A stretch of 64,000 nucleotides of DNA from Psammoneis japonica (lineage: Eukaryota), in contig QPGO01000016.1 in assembly GCA_008632985.1 (NCBI GenBank), forward strand, positions 468,840 to 532,839, read 5' to 3'. This document shows, in pieces, positions 12,713-26,351 of the stretch. How positions within the stretch are numbered: the first letter of the stretch is position 1; each line of letters begins with the position of its first letter. Below the pieces are notes generated by a model that was not told the origin of the DNA, searched no databases, and saw nothing but the letters and a program-made list of their open reading frames with translations. Position numbers and translations under genes: made by a program.

Positions 12713-13198
12713 TGATAACATGAAAACGGCTTGCTCTACAGAAAAGGCTTTTAGTCGTCACTATCCACGGAGATAGCCCCTTCGAAATTTGTCAACCATC
12801 ACCATAGAGTGTACTGTACGGAATTACATCATTTTGTTGCTGCGGTAAACGGCCATGGCGTCCGCGACGTCGTCGTTCCGATTGGCTTTTGAGCTTGCGG
12901 AACGAATCTCAATCTAGCTGCTCAGTTTTATAAACCACGTGGCGTTGACTGAAACAACGTTACTTGTTTGCGCACGGGTCCCATGCAAACACTCATTCTG
13001 AATTCTAGAGTCGACTGCTAATTTCTGTTTTTTTCTGAAAATGCTCACCATACCCACTACTGCTATGAAAATACCAGGTAACCGATATATTGAGGATCGC
13101 GTTTCAAGGCGCAACGTGCCAACGGCAAGCTATCCCATCCGTGATAAGTTTGTTGTGTATCTCGTGGACCATGCATACTACTACAATTACAGCGAATA

Positions 13199-15072
13199 TC
13201 AATTCCCGACCGACAACAAAAGCTCGCATTCCTTCTCCAGTTTTGCATTGAACTCCTTCCCATATTTCAACGCAGCATTCACAGTTGCTTCACCTTCAGC
13301 GTCTAGCCCAACACCAGTCAGCTCTTTCAAATACCTCATTGTCCTTACTGCCGGGATCGCGTTAAGAGGACGCCTTTTGACTCTCTCTACAGTGCGCATT
13401 TGCGTCGTGCGAAAGTCAATACCGCTCATTTCAAGTGCGTGGAGAAGAAAGCTTTCCGCAACAGCCTTTGGTTCGACGGAAGCAAGCATTTCCGCAAGAG
13501 CGGAGACGTGTCCGTGACAGTCTGCAAGCCAACCATATTCTCCAACGCTAACGCAAATATCATGTATATGATGCTCTTGAGAACACGAATGCCCTCTCGG
13601 ATGTCACTGGGCTTGGACCTCGGCTCCTCTTCTTCATCTGAGAAGTAGTTTTGAGCCGAGTCGCTATCATAGAAAGGTTCCGTTTCGTCCTTCTCGGTGT
13701 TGTCGACTTCGTCAACCATTTTGCCCTCTTGAATCACGGAGAGCAGGAAATCCCGAATGTAAGAGGCATTGCTGTTATCGCTGCAACCAGGGACTTCTCC
13801 AAGGAGTACGGCAAGGCTGACGACTACACAAGTTGCAACACCTGTCCTTGCAGGATCCACAAGAACCAGCACACTCTGCACACCAGAAATCCTGGCATCC
13901 ATAAACTCCTTCTTGAGCAGGGCCACGACAAACTCGAGAGAACCGGTCGCTTCTTCGATTTCCTTCTCCTCCGAGAGTGCCAGCTCACTGCGGAGCAGGT
14001 CTTGCATTTCCTTGAGTTCCTGCAAGTCCTTTTCTGCAATCGTTTGCGTCGCCTCGGTCGGACGAAAGTTGCCGAGGGCGGCTTGACGGATGCAGTGTGC
14101 ATAGCGCTGAAAGGTAATTGAGTCGCCCGAACGTCGTTGTAGCTCCAAAATACGTCGTCACCGATGCGTGATTTCCATAGTGAAAGGTAAATCTCCACAT
14201 TCTCTCCGTCTTGATTACTGCGGACGCCTAGATGGAAAGAGCAAAACAATGTTGGCGTGAGCAGCTGATTTTAATAAAGTCCGAGCAACAAAACCGCATC
14301 AAGTCACTTACCGGCACATCAAAGTACTTGGCGTGTACACCTAGCTCACGAAACACGCGTTTCATTTTCGCCTTCAAGTCCTCAAAGACAAACGACTTGG
14401 CTCCCAACATGAGAGAGTTGGGTTCTAGAATATAGTACTTTGGTTGCTCCTCAATGGTTGCCTCGTGACTCCACTGGACTTTGCTGCTACGCTTCTTTGT
14501 GAGTTTCTTACGCTTGTTCTTGTGATGATTGGTTGTTTCAATGTCTCCTTTTGCGCAAACCTGTCTGCCGTAAGCTTTGGATCCAACGGTGCCCGTTTCA
14601 AACTGGCACCGCCCGTACGAGCCACGCCCATTTGCACGGATCTAGAGAGATACATCACAAAACAATAAAATAAGAGACGTTAGCAATAGCAATAGTTAAC
14701 ATACAGGCAGCAGTCAAGTCTCCATTGCACACACGAAAAATCGAAGGTCTACAGTGGCATTTCTCTGAAGCGATTCTCGTCCAGACGCGCGCAGAAATTC
14801 AAATTTCAAAAAATGCAAAAAAAAAACAAACAGACGCTCCTGAAGCGAACCTCACGCACATACACACACCACATCGCACTATCGACGCTTACTTACTGGA
14901 ATGATGGGAGAGAGGGTGTTGCAAGTTGCGGTTGGTTCTCAACGGCAACATTGAGGTGCCGAGAAACATTTCCGTGATCGTACCCCGGTTGGGGTACATC
15001 TACTTGCCGTCGGGGCGGCAGCTCGTTTTCTTCTTTTGCTGAAACATTGTTCTCCTGTCCCCCTTTCTCCAT
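13199..15072 (-). CDS. Uncharacterised protein (KA1-like ELQRRSGD segment followed by helical region); intron ~14642-14897, frameshifts likely
   Basis: ATG 15072, donor GTAAGT at ~14897, chained ORFs 14425-14658, 14228-14410, 13426-14148, 13199-13489 with normal coding composition. Confidence 0.6.
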
Positions 15073-16172
15073 TATATTTTTTAATTAATGTATGATACGG
15101 CATGCGAGTTGCCAGATTAAAATAGGATGCTGGGTAAGGCTTGACTCGACTTCATAAAAATATGACAACAGCAAAAGGCGTCGCCAAGGATGCACTTTTG
15201 AAACGAGCGTCGAGAAATCAATCGAGCCATGACTGACGCAATAGTCAAAGATGTACAAGTTCTACATACAATAGAAACACGTATAAATATAGCACGTAGA
15301 ACACCCTACGCGTCTAACATACTTCACCCATTCGTAGATTTTCATACATTGACGTACTTCAGCCAATCAGAGCACTCTCTGTGGAGAAGAAGAACCCCGT
15401 TTCCAGCTGTCGTGCGCGTTTGGGAACTGTTCTCATTCGTGCGTCGTCAATCGAGTTCGATGATTCCATTTTCCATTCGTGCGTTAGCTCTTTGATGATT
15501 CGATTAGTGCATCTACTCTAGTGACTACTAGTAGAGTTCCTTAGCCAATCGTGCGTTGTTTTGAATGGGACTCCGCATTCGTGCCTTTGCTGCAATTTGG
15601 AGTGGTTGCGCTTTGCTCCCCCCCCCCCCCCCATCTTGCCTGCTCTTGTCCTCCAAGCAAATGGTCGGGCAAAACACGCATTGCTAATCTCGAGCTTTTC
15701 AAAAGCTGTCATGCGGCTTTACACATCGTGTTGACTAAGGAATCTAGCGATCCGCTCTCTCTTTGAAACGAGGTTTTTCATCAACGACTTTGGCTCAATA
15801 TTGCACTCACCCCGTCGTTTGTAGACCAAGGTGGGATGCACTGGGACGATGACACCAAGAACTTGAAGTTGAGAAAAATGAGATCAGCCCTTTTATTTGC
15901 GCTTTGGACGGCGTACATTTAACATTGGACGCTACTCAGTAGGAAACAGTTCGGCGTAGCTTACGTGTGCTGATATATTCACTAATTCGACTACTAAATT
16001 ACATTTCATCATCGACCTATAGAATTCTCGTTTGCAATCGTGCTGGGTCCTTCGCACCATTGCCCTTTGCAAAACCGTGCCCTAGGAGAATGATTGATAC
16101 AATATGGATGACGTCAATTGGATGCAACCATGCACTTTCACACACCATGCACGTGATCCATAATTACTAAAA

Positions 16173-18411
16173 TCAAACGGGGAGGTTGAGTGAACGGCGA
16201 TAGATAGCCAAGAGATTGAGACCACTGGAATTGTGGAGAGCATCGAAATTCTCAGTGATCTCCCTCCACGTAGCCTCTATCTTGCGCGCTACAGCCATTC
16301 GATCGGCGTGGCTTTTCGTCACGGTAGTACTTTCGTTCAGGTGGAGAAAGATCTCATCTTGCATTTCTCTTTGAAATTCAAGGGCCATGTTTACGCGTAG
16401 ATCCAGAACAATGTTCTCGGATTCGTAACTGTTCTTGACCGTCGTAAGGTACTCGACGGTAGCGTCACGCGGGTATCCTTTTTCTACCCATTTGCTTTCA
16501 TTGAAATGCGAGTTTCGGTATGGATCAGCGCCTGTGACGAGACTTCCTGTAGCATTCACAACTACATCTTCAAGAGACTCTTCTCTGCCACAGACAAATG
16601 AGAAGAATTGCGACATTGCTTCACGCCTCTCGGGCCCTTGATAGGCAGCAACGCCTGTGGACCATCCGCCGGCTGCGGCATAAGGAGCTCTGTTGACGCG
16701 GCCAACACCTTCAAGCGTCTCGCCGAACGGACAGATTTCTTCCGTACAATTCACGAGATTGCCAGTTGAACGATCTAGTACCCTCGTTGATCCAGGTGTC
16801 GGTGCCACACCGAGTTTGCCTCCAACAACGCTTCCCTCCTGCAAATGCCGAGCGAACGAATCTCCCCACATGTAAGTCATGGCACATCGACCTTCGTTCA
16901 TCAATCGAATATTCAGCCCACCACAGTCTTCACTAGTAAATTCTAAGCGGAACGGGAAAGCTGTACCGTAAGAACAAACTTCTATCTCTAGTAGGTTGGG
17001 TTCCGAGACATGAGTGAACTCACCTTCTTCGGCGCCAAACTTGATATGGTTTTCCAAGTGTCTCAGGGCTTCTGCCATCGCCTCTCCCAGAAGCGGATTA
17101 AAATTCGTAGGGTCAAACAGCGCTCCATGCTGGGTGCCTCTCGTTTGCGTCAATGAGGAGAGTACCAAGATGCTAAAGAAGTAGTCTTCATGGCAAGCCG
17201 GCCTTCTTCCGACGCAAGATCCTACAAGAGTTACGTTTTCATCGCTGCCATCGTCTAAGGGAACCGACAAGCCATGGAAGAAAGCTGCGGCTTCATCGTA
17301 TTCATCCCATGTCCTGGGGACTTGGATGTTGTAAAGATCGAACAAGTCCTTGCGGTAGAAGAGAGAGTGAATATCGCCATCACAAGGGAAGAGGCGAACA
17401 GCATTGTCGTAGACAGCCTGGATCTCCCGATTGTATCGAAGGACATCTAGCCAGTCAAAGTTGTCCCGAACGAATTCTGTCAGATCAGCAAGGCCGTTCT
17501 GTTCCACAAGAGTGGCGGTGACAAACGGAAGGAAAATATACCCGTCATACACCTCGGCTTTAAGATCGGCGAGTAGCTCCTCTAAAAAGATTTGAAAGAC
17601 ACGGCAAGAGGATGTTTAGAGCGTGAAAGGAATGCTGTTTACATTTCTTGCGAAACTTACCATACAGTTCGTCGATATCTCCCACGGTGTTGATTTGAAC
17701 GTCAATACCTGTCCTCTCCTTGAAAATTTCAACCCTCCTCCGAAACCTATCCGTAAGGAAGTCTTTGTAGTGATTTTCTCCACCAGGAGCCAGCATTTGA
17801 AGAGTGCCGGTAAACTCGCTCTCACCTTCACCCCCTCCCGATAATCCCACGACAAGTCCAACGGTAATGCCAGCTACAACGACCAGAAGAACTCCTGCTA
17901 AAGCCAACAGACGTTGCTTCGGACTACACCTGTCATCGCGAGCTTTGACAGCAGTTGCCAAGGGAGGAGTTTCGACAAGGTCTGCCTCCGGAACCACTTG
18001 GTGGTCTTGGGCTGTCGAGGACGCAAATTCTGGCAGGGGTTCTTGATCAAGCATCTGCGAGTTCTCCTCAGGTGCGTCCACACCTGGAACTCGCTCGGCG
18101 CCTGGCTGAGGGACACGGACGCTACTAAGTCCTCCTTCGTAAACACTGAACTGACCCAACGAGGTTTCGTTCCTCAGCACCTTGGATGGGTGTTTACCGT
18201 TACTTCCTTTCTTGTCCGAGTTGCTTGCGGGTCTTCTGGCCTTCATTCCTTCCTGGATATTTTCTTGAGTGCGTTTTGTCGTGGCAGCATCAGCCATCAC
18301 GGATGGTTTGACCAATTGTGGCGGTTTCCTCGCTGGCGCCTGTAGCGCTTGGCCATCGCCGTCATCCGTGAAGATGCGCGAAGTTACACGCCTCGACTGT
18401 GATTCCATCAT
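16173..18411 (-). CDS. Type II membrane protein with extracellular sugar-type solute-binding (SBP family 1-like) domain; introns ~17582-17660 and ~16944-17023
   Basis: TM helix LLALAGVLLVVVAGITVGLVVGL; FKERTGIDV, PCDGDIHSLFYRKDLFD....VPRTWDEY, GRCAMTYMWGD, LGVAPTPG; GTAAGT/GTGAGT donors restore frame. Confidence 0.85.
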
Positions 18412-18712
18412 GGTTGCTTGTTCGAAGTATGGTAGGATCGGATACGCGGATGATGAATGAGGGATGAGTTTGGCTTGTTTTATGTGCCTGTTGTACGATA
18501 CTAAGATACCGTATCATGCATCCGTGATTGAAAAGAATTTTGATTCATCGGTTTGAGCGCGAGGTCGCCTTGCGTTCCTGTAACGGTATGCGAACTGCCA
18601 ATGAGCTTTCGCAGTCCCGGTAAGATAGAGACCATTACCGCACTACATACGTAGCAGCCCTCTACTACTTCTAGTAGAGTATGTAGCTAGAGAGTAGCAA
18701 ACACCAAATTTT

Positions 18713-21700
18713 CTATCCCTTCTTTTCCAAGAGGTACAAGGGAATGTTGTTGGTGTCGACAGTCTTTTCGATCTCGTCCATGACATCTTTTAGCGCATTC
18801 AACTCCTCACTCGTCGCACTCTCCTCGTCTACCAAGAGAAAAATGAATAAAACAACCACGAAAAGTGAGTGATTGATCATGCAGCACTCAACTAGAAACA
18901 ACAATAACCATACAAGAACTTACATTTTGCCCACAGAGATATCAATTCCAATACACGTCGCGTAGCCGTCTCTCGTGCACGGAGGAACCGTCGATTGGCT
19001 AAATCTTGCAACTCAGTTTTAAGTGCCTTGCTCGCGAGATGCATATTTTTGGTTTCCTTTACTGTCGTGTGAGACACGTTGCGGGGGGTTAAGCTGTCTA
19101 GTTTTGCTTGCAGTTCATTCACAAGAACCGACAGTCCCTTCCTCGTTGCAGTATTGATCGCGGTTGTAATGTCTGTTTTCTTTTCCCATGCTATGGTATA
19201 GTTTAATGTAGAAAAGAGACATGGCAAAATGTGATGAAAGGACAAACAAAGGTGAACAAGATAGCCTACATCATAGACACTTACCAGTCAGTGCTTCGGA
19301 TCTCTTGTGGTTAAAATGCTTTTCGAGCTGAATTCCAACACAATGCATGTAGACGAAACTTTCAATGCCCTCGACTCGTCTTTCGTAATCTTTGAGGAGC
19401 TCTATTGTGCGTTGAAGAAAAATGTCGATACCTGTGTCCATCCGAAGCGTGTAGGACATGGCGCATTCACCACACCGTCCGCGACCTTTACTTGTGGTCA
19501 ACTTTTTCCAATTGTGCAGCTACAAGGAATGTTGGACGCGGAAACATGAGAACGACGAGGTTCTATCACGACTGTAGAGCATGCCATCACAGATCGACGT
19601 ACCTCAAAACCGTCACTACCAGTCCTCCAACCCGCAGGATCGCTCGTGTCTATCCCTGCACCAGAAAGAACTCTTACGGACGGAAACGAGCTCTTTGACA
19701 CAATTTCACCCGAGTCACCTTGCATCGTGGTCCCACTAAAAAGAGACGATATTTCAGACACAAAGGCTCGGCGAGTCTCGTGAATGCGACTTCCACCCTG
19801 CTTCAACTTTCGATTGACGCGCAAATGGTAAACATGAAGCAACAAGCAATATAAGATTCGTCAAACACCGTTTGACACATAAAATTGAGAGAGACAGTTG
19901 GCATACCTTTCCCTGCTCATCGTAAGCATCTTGAGCAGCAGGGTTGCCCTCGAGAATAACAGCACATAGAGCCTCAACAGCTTCAATGCAACGGCCCAAA
20001 TTCTCGCGTAGCCCAATGGCATGTTGCCGAACAAGACGTAATTCCCTAGTAGTCTCCTCCACTCGTACCTCAGCGTCTTTAATACCCACCGCCTCCATTA
20101 TCGAAAGGGCGAGCTTGGCATTCCATAGACCCGGTCGATCCCGAGCAATTTCAATCGCCTTCGACCGCAGCATTTCCTTTTCCTCTTCCATTTCATCGTC
20201 ATCAATGTCATACTCAGATGATGCCTCGCTCTCCGATCCACTGACGCTACTTTGCTGAGGATTGGATCGATAACGCCTGGTGTTGCTTCCAATGTCCACA
20301 ATTCGCTGCACAAGTTCCAACTCAGCCAAATCGTCTTGAAACACTCCTTTTTCGTGCCTCTTTGTCATTTCCGTAATCGCTTTTGAAGGCGCAACACCGG
20401 CTTTTGTTCGCATCGAAATCGAAGACCCTTTCAACAGAGCTGCCTGAGTTGATTCATTCTTGAAATAGGTCCATGCCATTCGAGCACAGCGAAGTGGGGT
20501 TGCTTTGCATAGAGTGGTGACGAATTTGCGGAGAAGACGTTCATTGGACAATACCCGTTCTTCGAAAGCGCGTTTCTGCTGTGTCGCTAGAACCTCTGCA
20601 TCAATCGAGGACGCCTCAGTTGGGGCGGTATTCATGGATGCACCCGAACTCCCTGTGAACTGCCTCTTCATATCACTAAAAGGCAGGGAGGCTAAAGCCT
20701 TGAGCTGGTCTTGCCACTGGCCGCCACAGTCTCCTCCTACTTTGCTCGGACTTCGTTTTCTCTGTCTGCTAGCAGCGGCAACAACGTCGTCCAAACCAGC
20801 AATGTGAATTACAGCTTGTGAATACGCATGTATGGCGGGATCCACAGATGATAGATCCGCCACGTAGGCTGCAAGCATTGCACCCAAGGCGGCAAGACTG
20901 GGAGTCGATCGTTCCATTTTCTGGCGAGCCATTATCCGAAGCCGATCTTCAACGTCCTTCGTCCTTAACTTACGAAAAGGCATGTGATCTTTATTCTCCT
21001 TTATTCCAATTCGTGTCGACTCAATTTCTTTTTCAATCGTAAACAGATTTGATAGAGCAATTGCAAATCTCTTCCAGGCGGATCCAATATGAGATTCCTC
21101 TTCCGACAACTGTCTTAGCTTTTCTGTACACAAAATAGCCGTTTTCCGATAAGATGATACCAATTCTTTTTCTGCCTCCAAGATTTCGGAATGTATTGCA
21201 AGTTGCGATGAGTCTTGCTGCTTATGCTGCGACGACATTTCCACAAAGCTGTCATTCATTTCCAATGTGGCAGAATTTCCCACGGCACGCGAGGAACAGT
21301 CAATTATACCCAGTGGAACATGGCTTGTGATTGGTGAGGACGGTTGTTCCTTTTCATCAACCACTTGATTTCTACCATCACCGCACATCGAGTCCAATTG
21401 CAACCACGAGAAGGGCTTGAAAAAGAGTGAATCGACAAGGGATGGGTCCGCATCGGACGAATCCTTCCAACTGGCAGTATCTCCACCATCGTTCCAAGGA
21501 AGATCCAAACTGGACGGCGATGGGAGACCGGATTTGTTGTATGCAATGGTTTCACCGCGTGGGTCTATTCGAGGCAGCGGGTCCGTGTTGCGATACAGAA
21601 ACGCTTCCATTGCCTCTGAGGCTATAATGTCGACCGAATCCATACCCAACAATACTTCGCCTGCAGCAAAAAAGAAAAGGAACAAAACTCTACATGTAAG

Positions 21701-22408
21701 ACACGAAAACAGATTAATTCAAAAGAGACTACCCAAAAGCAACGCACCTGATCCTCGAATTCCATTAAACACATCTCCCAACCAGTTCTGAAGAAGCTTC
21801 GAATCGACTTCATGCTGTGCAGCATTTGCCAAATCCGACGTTCCCACCGCAATCGACAAGAGTGGCAACACGAGCGCCCCATGGTACTCTGCTCTCAGGG
21901 CATCCTCGAGCCAACAAAAATCCGCAAGTGAACGCCACGTAAAGGCATTGGTAAAGGACGAAGCCCGCTGAGAGCGTCTGGACAAGTCTCGCCGTTGTAC
22001 CAGGATGCGATATTTCCATTGATTCTCTTCACCCTCCCATTCGGCCGGAGACACTTCCACGACCCACGTGCGTGTCAATTTGGATGGCAGTGACTCCCGT
22101 CCAAACTCTCTCGAGAGCACCACATGGGCCTTGCCTCGTCTTTTGGGGATCGAAGAAGAAGAAGTCGGTGACGACGTTTGTGACGATTCTTGCTTATTCT
22201 TTTTCGATTCTCCCTTTTTGAGTGGTTGCAACGAATCACCGGTAGTAGTTTCGCCTTGTTGCTTCTTGGTAGCCAAGTCTTGCTCTCTCGAAGTAGATTT
22301 AGCTGCTTCATCATTCTCGCTGGCGTTTTTATTATTGCTGCTGCTCTTATGAAAGACTCGTCGTTTCCAAGACTTTTTCCTTGCACCTTGTATCTTTTCG
22401 GAATCCAT
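18713..22408 (-). CDS. PX-domain (sorting-nexin-like) protein with long helical C-terminus, multi-exon
   Basis: WKYRILVQRR...WRSLADFCWLEDALRAEYHGALVLPLL PX signature; 643-aa helical ORF and further short exons down to 18713; exact exon borders not all resolved. Confidence 0.7.
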
Positions 22409-22924
22409 CGTTCTCTCTCTCTCTTAAAAAAAAAAAACACAACTAAGCCGGTTTTCAGTAGCTTTTCCAATTGTGAATGGTAATATTATGGAACACCCCT
22501 TACAAAGAGAGTCTCAATTACACCGTTGCTGTTATTATTGTCGACAGCTTCGCTTCGATATTATTGTGCCCGTGGTCTTGGAGGGAGTTTTGCTGCGAAG
22601 AACAATGAGACGTTGATGAAGTCATCTGATTTGCTCATCTTTATGTCTGTATGTTGCATTAGAGAAATTGCGAGGGAAAACTTATAGACACCTACAAAGT
22701 TAAAGATTTTCATAAGAATGAAGTTACTCAGAAAATGTAGAAGTGGTTATCGTGAACAAAATTTCCAAATCCAATGAATGAGTAGAAATGTACGGTGATT
22801 GTACCGGTCCAACGGAAGGAATCACTCAGTACAAAATTTGTGTAGAAACGTGTTGTACAGACAGACGATTTTTGGAGCCAAAGCCGGCCGTTTCGCGCGC
22901 TTTTTTCGCATCCGCAAAACACGG

Positions 22925-23267
22925 CCCGCCGACAGAACGACATGGCGACCATGGCGACGGACTCTTCTCAAGAACACAAATATGAGGCAATTCTCTACGA
23001 TTGTAATATTGTCAATGTGGTGGAAGGAACCATCATGCCCAACAAGTGCATTGTGATTGGCAGAAATGGAAAAATTGAGCACATTTGCGACACGGACGAA
23101 CGGGACATGTTTCTGGAACAACTCTGCCACGCACTGTGCTGGATTGCAAGAATGCATACGTCATGCCCGGTCTGATTGATTGTCATGTTCATGCCACGGC
23201 CTTTACGGCAAGTTTTGCATTGTTGGCCAAGACGGCTCCATCGAACGTGATGGCTCGCCGGCTTTGA
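22925..23267 (+). pseudogene. Truncated, frameshifted duplicate of the 5' end of the amidohydrolase gene at 25009
   Basis: Aligns to 24988-25318 at roughly 90% identity, 2-bp insertion near 23123, ends at the TpA-free block. Confidence 0.9.
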
Positions 23268-24860
23268 TCCTGGACCAAGAGCGATGAGCGGCACATGTCT
23301 CGCCATGACGGAAGCTCCAGCGCATTGCCAACAATGTGCAGCAGATGTTGCTGGCAAGCATGAGATGCCAAGAGTTGAGCTTCATCCTTGTGGCCAACCC
23401 GGGAAATGAGGGCAACCCGTCTGTGTCTCCCCCTTGCCCTGACCCCGAACCGGGCTGGAGACAGACGGGTGAGACGAAGTTGGGGTCGGGTTTTGTTTGG
23501 GGCTGGCCAAGTTCAAAATGACCAAATTTGCAGCAGGAGCCTGAGAGCCTTCTCAAAGCCCTTTTGCGTGCCTGAAGTGACCAAGGATGCCAGCGACATG
23601 ACCCTCATTTTCCTGCCATCAAGCTTCTTCCTGAGATGAAGTTCTTTTCTTGGCGTCACTCTGCACAGAAACACATGAACCCAGTTGTCTCTGTGGTCAC
23701 AAAGTTGTCAACACAACCAGGCTCTCAATTGCCCCCCCCCCCTGTCAGGAGCTTTTTTGTGCACAGTTGCTGCACTCTTTTTGCACAAAACTGGAAGCTG
23801 AGTCATCCCCATTTTCCTCAACTGATTTTTGGGGTTCTGTTGTCAATGAAATCCATCACAGGGACAGGAAAGTTGGCAGCGCACATCTCTCTCCTTGGAG
23901 CCACACAAAACAGACCTCTCTGCAGCACGCGCACCTTTCCTCATGCGCCAAGACAACAGACTCAACTTGCAAAAATGCAGGCTATCCTCACCCTGTGACT
24001 GTCAATCACCATCAACTCCAAATCATCCAAAGAAACACCTTTTTTCAGCTGTGAACTTCCTCAAAAAAGCCAGCAGCATTGCTGGCCTCTTTTTCTCTGC
24101 ATGCCCTCATTGAGGCGCTTGTCACTGTCAGATGGCAGCCATTGCAAAGGTTGAGAAGTGGGCCCACATGCGCCTTGATTTTTCCTGGCTTGCTTGGAAT
24201 CATGAGCACCCAGATGGCTGCAAATGAAATGTTTTTGGACAGCTCATCTTTCCACTTGTTGAGGTTGCTTGTGCGCACACGGCACATGGACCACACCAAG
24301 GTGGCTGTGGCGACGTGCAAGAGACGTTTTGACTGTGTGTTCCCTCCAATGTCTTCTTGAAAATGTCGTCATTGACAGCGTTCCAGTCAAGATTGGTGGC
24401 AGCAGCATGGGTTCCTTTGCTGAGGATGTCACTTTCCTTTGGCCCAGCCCAGCATCTCGCTGCCAGGCCCAGGGGTGCAGTGTGACATGCTTGTGTTGGT
24501 TTCCTTCACACCAGCCTTTGAATTGTTCAAAAGCATGAAAAAGTCCATCCACATGCACTGGGCCATCCTCAAATCGGTGGCTTCCTCTGAGTTTGACAAA
24601 ACAACCAATTGAGCCATTGACCACATTGTTCAAAGTCTTTGGTGTGGACAAACAGCAGCAAAAAGCCCAAGAACTTTGTGGGCATGTCCTTCTCCTCTCT
24701 GATGAGAATGGCAAATGTGACAATGTTCATCATTGAAAATTCAAATTTCAATCTCAGCTCCATGTCACACACACACAACGAGACACAGCCGTCCAGCGAA
24801 GCGTCCAATTTTGCGGGAAGGAACGCCTGAAAGAGGACTCAGGGGAGGGGAACAAAAACG
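23268..24860. mobile_element. Decayed unclassified insertion, TpA-depleted, between the two amidohydrolase 5' copies
   Basis: One TA found (23983) in ~1.6 kb; broken minus-strand ORFs; structured end at 23409-23490. Confidence 0.55.
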
Positions 24861-25008
24861 AATGGAATGCGGTAATGTACGACAATTATTATTAGGCGGG
24901 GGTGCTTTTATCCCCATGACGACCCCGCCCCGATCGATCGACGACGCACGACGACGACTCGCTAGACTCTGATAACACAACACACAACCCGCCGACAGAA
25001 CAGCGACC

Positions 25009-26288
25009 ATGGCGACGGACTCTTCTCAACAAGCGCACAAATATGAGGCAATTCTCTATGATTGTAATATTGTCAATGTGGCGGAAGGAAACATCATTCC
25101 CAAAAAGTGCATTGTGATTGGTGTAGATGGAAAAATTGAGCACATTTGCGACTCGGACGAAAGAGACATGTTTCTGGAACAACTGCCCCGTATTGTGATG
25201 GATTGCAAGAATGCCTACGTCATGCCCGGTCTAATTGATTGTCATGTTCATGTCACGGCCTTTACGGCAAGTTTTGCGTTATTGGCCAAGACGGCTCCGT
25301 CATACGTGACGGCTCGTGCGATTGAAACATTGAAAGAAATGTTGAATCGAGGCTTTACCACGGTTCGTGATGCCGGTGGAGCCGATCATGGATTGGCAAG
25401 AGCTGTCGAAGAAGGACTCGTGGTGGGACCGAGATTGTTGTTTTGTGGCAAAGCTTTGAGTCAGACGGGTGGTCATGGTGACATGCGACTTGCCGGAGAC
25501 GATTCTTCTGTGGAATGTTGCGGATGCATTGCGTTGGGCCGTGTGTGTGACGGCGATGCACAAGTACGAAAGGCAGCTCGTGATGAAATACGCAAGGGTG
25601 CGACTCACATCAAGGTCATGGCGGGAGGAGGAGTCAGTTCTCCCACGGATCGAATCACATCGACACAATTTTCTGTAGAGGAATTGACAGCCATTGTACA
25701 AGAAGCAACGGCGGCCAATGTGTACGTCATGGCCATGCCTATACGCCTCGTGCAATAATCAATGCAACTCGGGCGGGTGTCAAGAGTATTGAACACGGAA
25801 ACTTGTTGGACGAGGAATCGGCCGAAATCATGGCTCAACACGAAACCTATCTTGTGCCTACACTCGCAACGTATGATGTTCTTGCACAAGAAGGATTAAA
25901 AGAGGGTCTCACGCAAGACAATGTCAACAAGGTTGCCGCCGTACGAGACGCGGGGAAACGATCGATTGGTATTGCACAACAGGCCGGTATAGTCATGTGT
26001 TTTGGAACCGACTGATTGGCTGGCATGCAACGACATCAATTGAGAGGGTTTCGCCTGTTGGAGGAAGCGGGCATGTCGGCGCCAGACGTTCTTCGGACAG
26101 CCACTTGCAATGCCGCGCGATTATTGAATATGGAGGGGGAGATTGGAGCCAATGCAGAAGGAGCCAATGCAGACATTGTTGTTTTGGCCAAGAATCCACT
26201 CTTGTCGATGGAGGTATTTGATGATTGGAAGGAGAACTGTGTCGCAATACTAAAGGGCGGCCGAATACATTACTCACAAAGCGATTGA
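25009..26288 (+). CDS. Metal-dependent amidohydrolase (Xaa-Pro dipeptidase-like subgroup); 1-bp frameshift ~25735 and in-frame TGA 26013-26015
   Basis: MPGLIDCHVH, GFTTVRDAGG, LSQTGGHGD, IKVMAGGGVSSP, (AHAY), SIEHGN, GTD, ADIVVL..NPL. Confidence 0.9.
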
Positions 26289-26351
26289 CATTTCTCGCCA
26301 CAAGCAGCCTGTCCAAGAACGGTTTACTTCTTTAAAACTATCAAGTCGCAC

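Noticed and set aside
24045..24320. Crypton-like tyrosine recombinase remnant (LVWSMCR..SN)
   Set aside because: Single weak motif; other catalytic motifs not found
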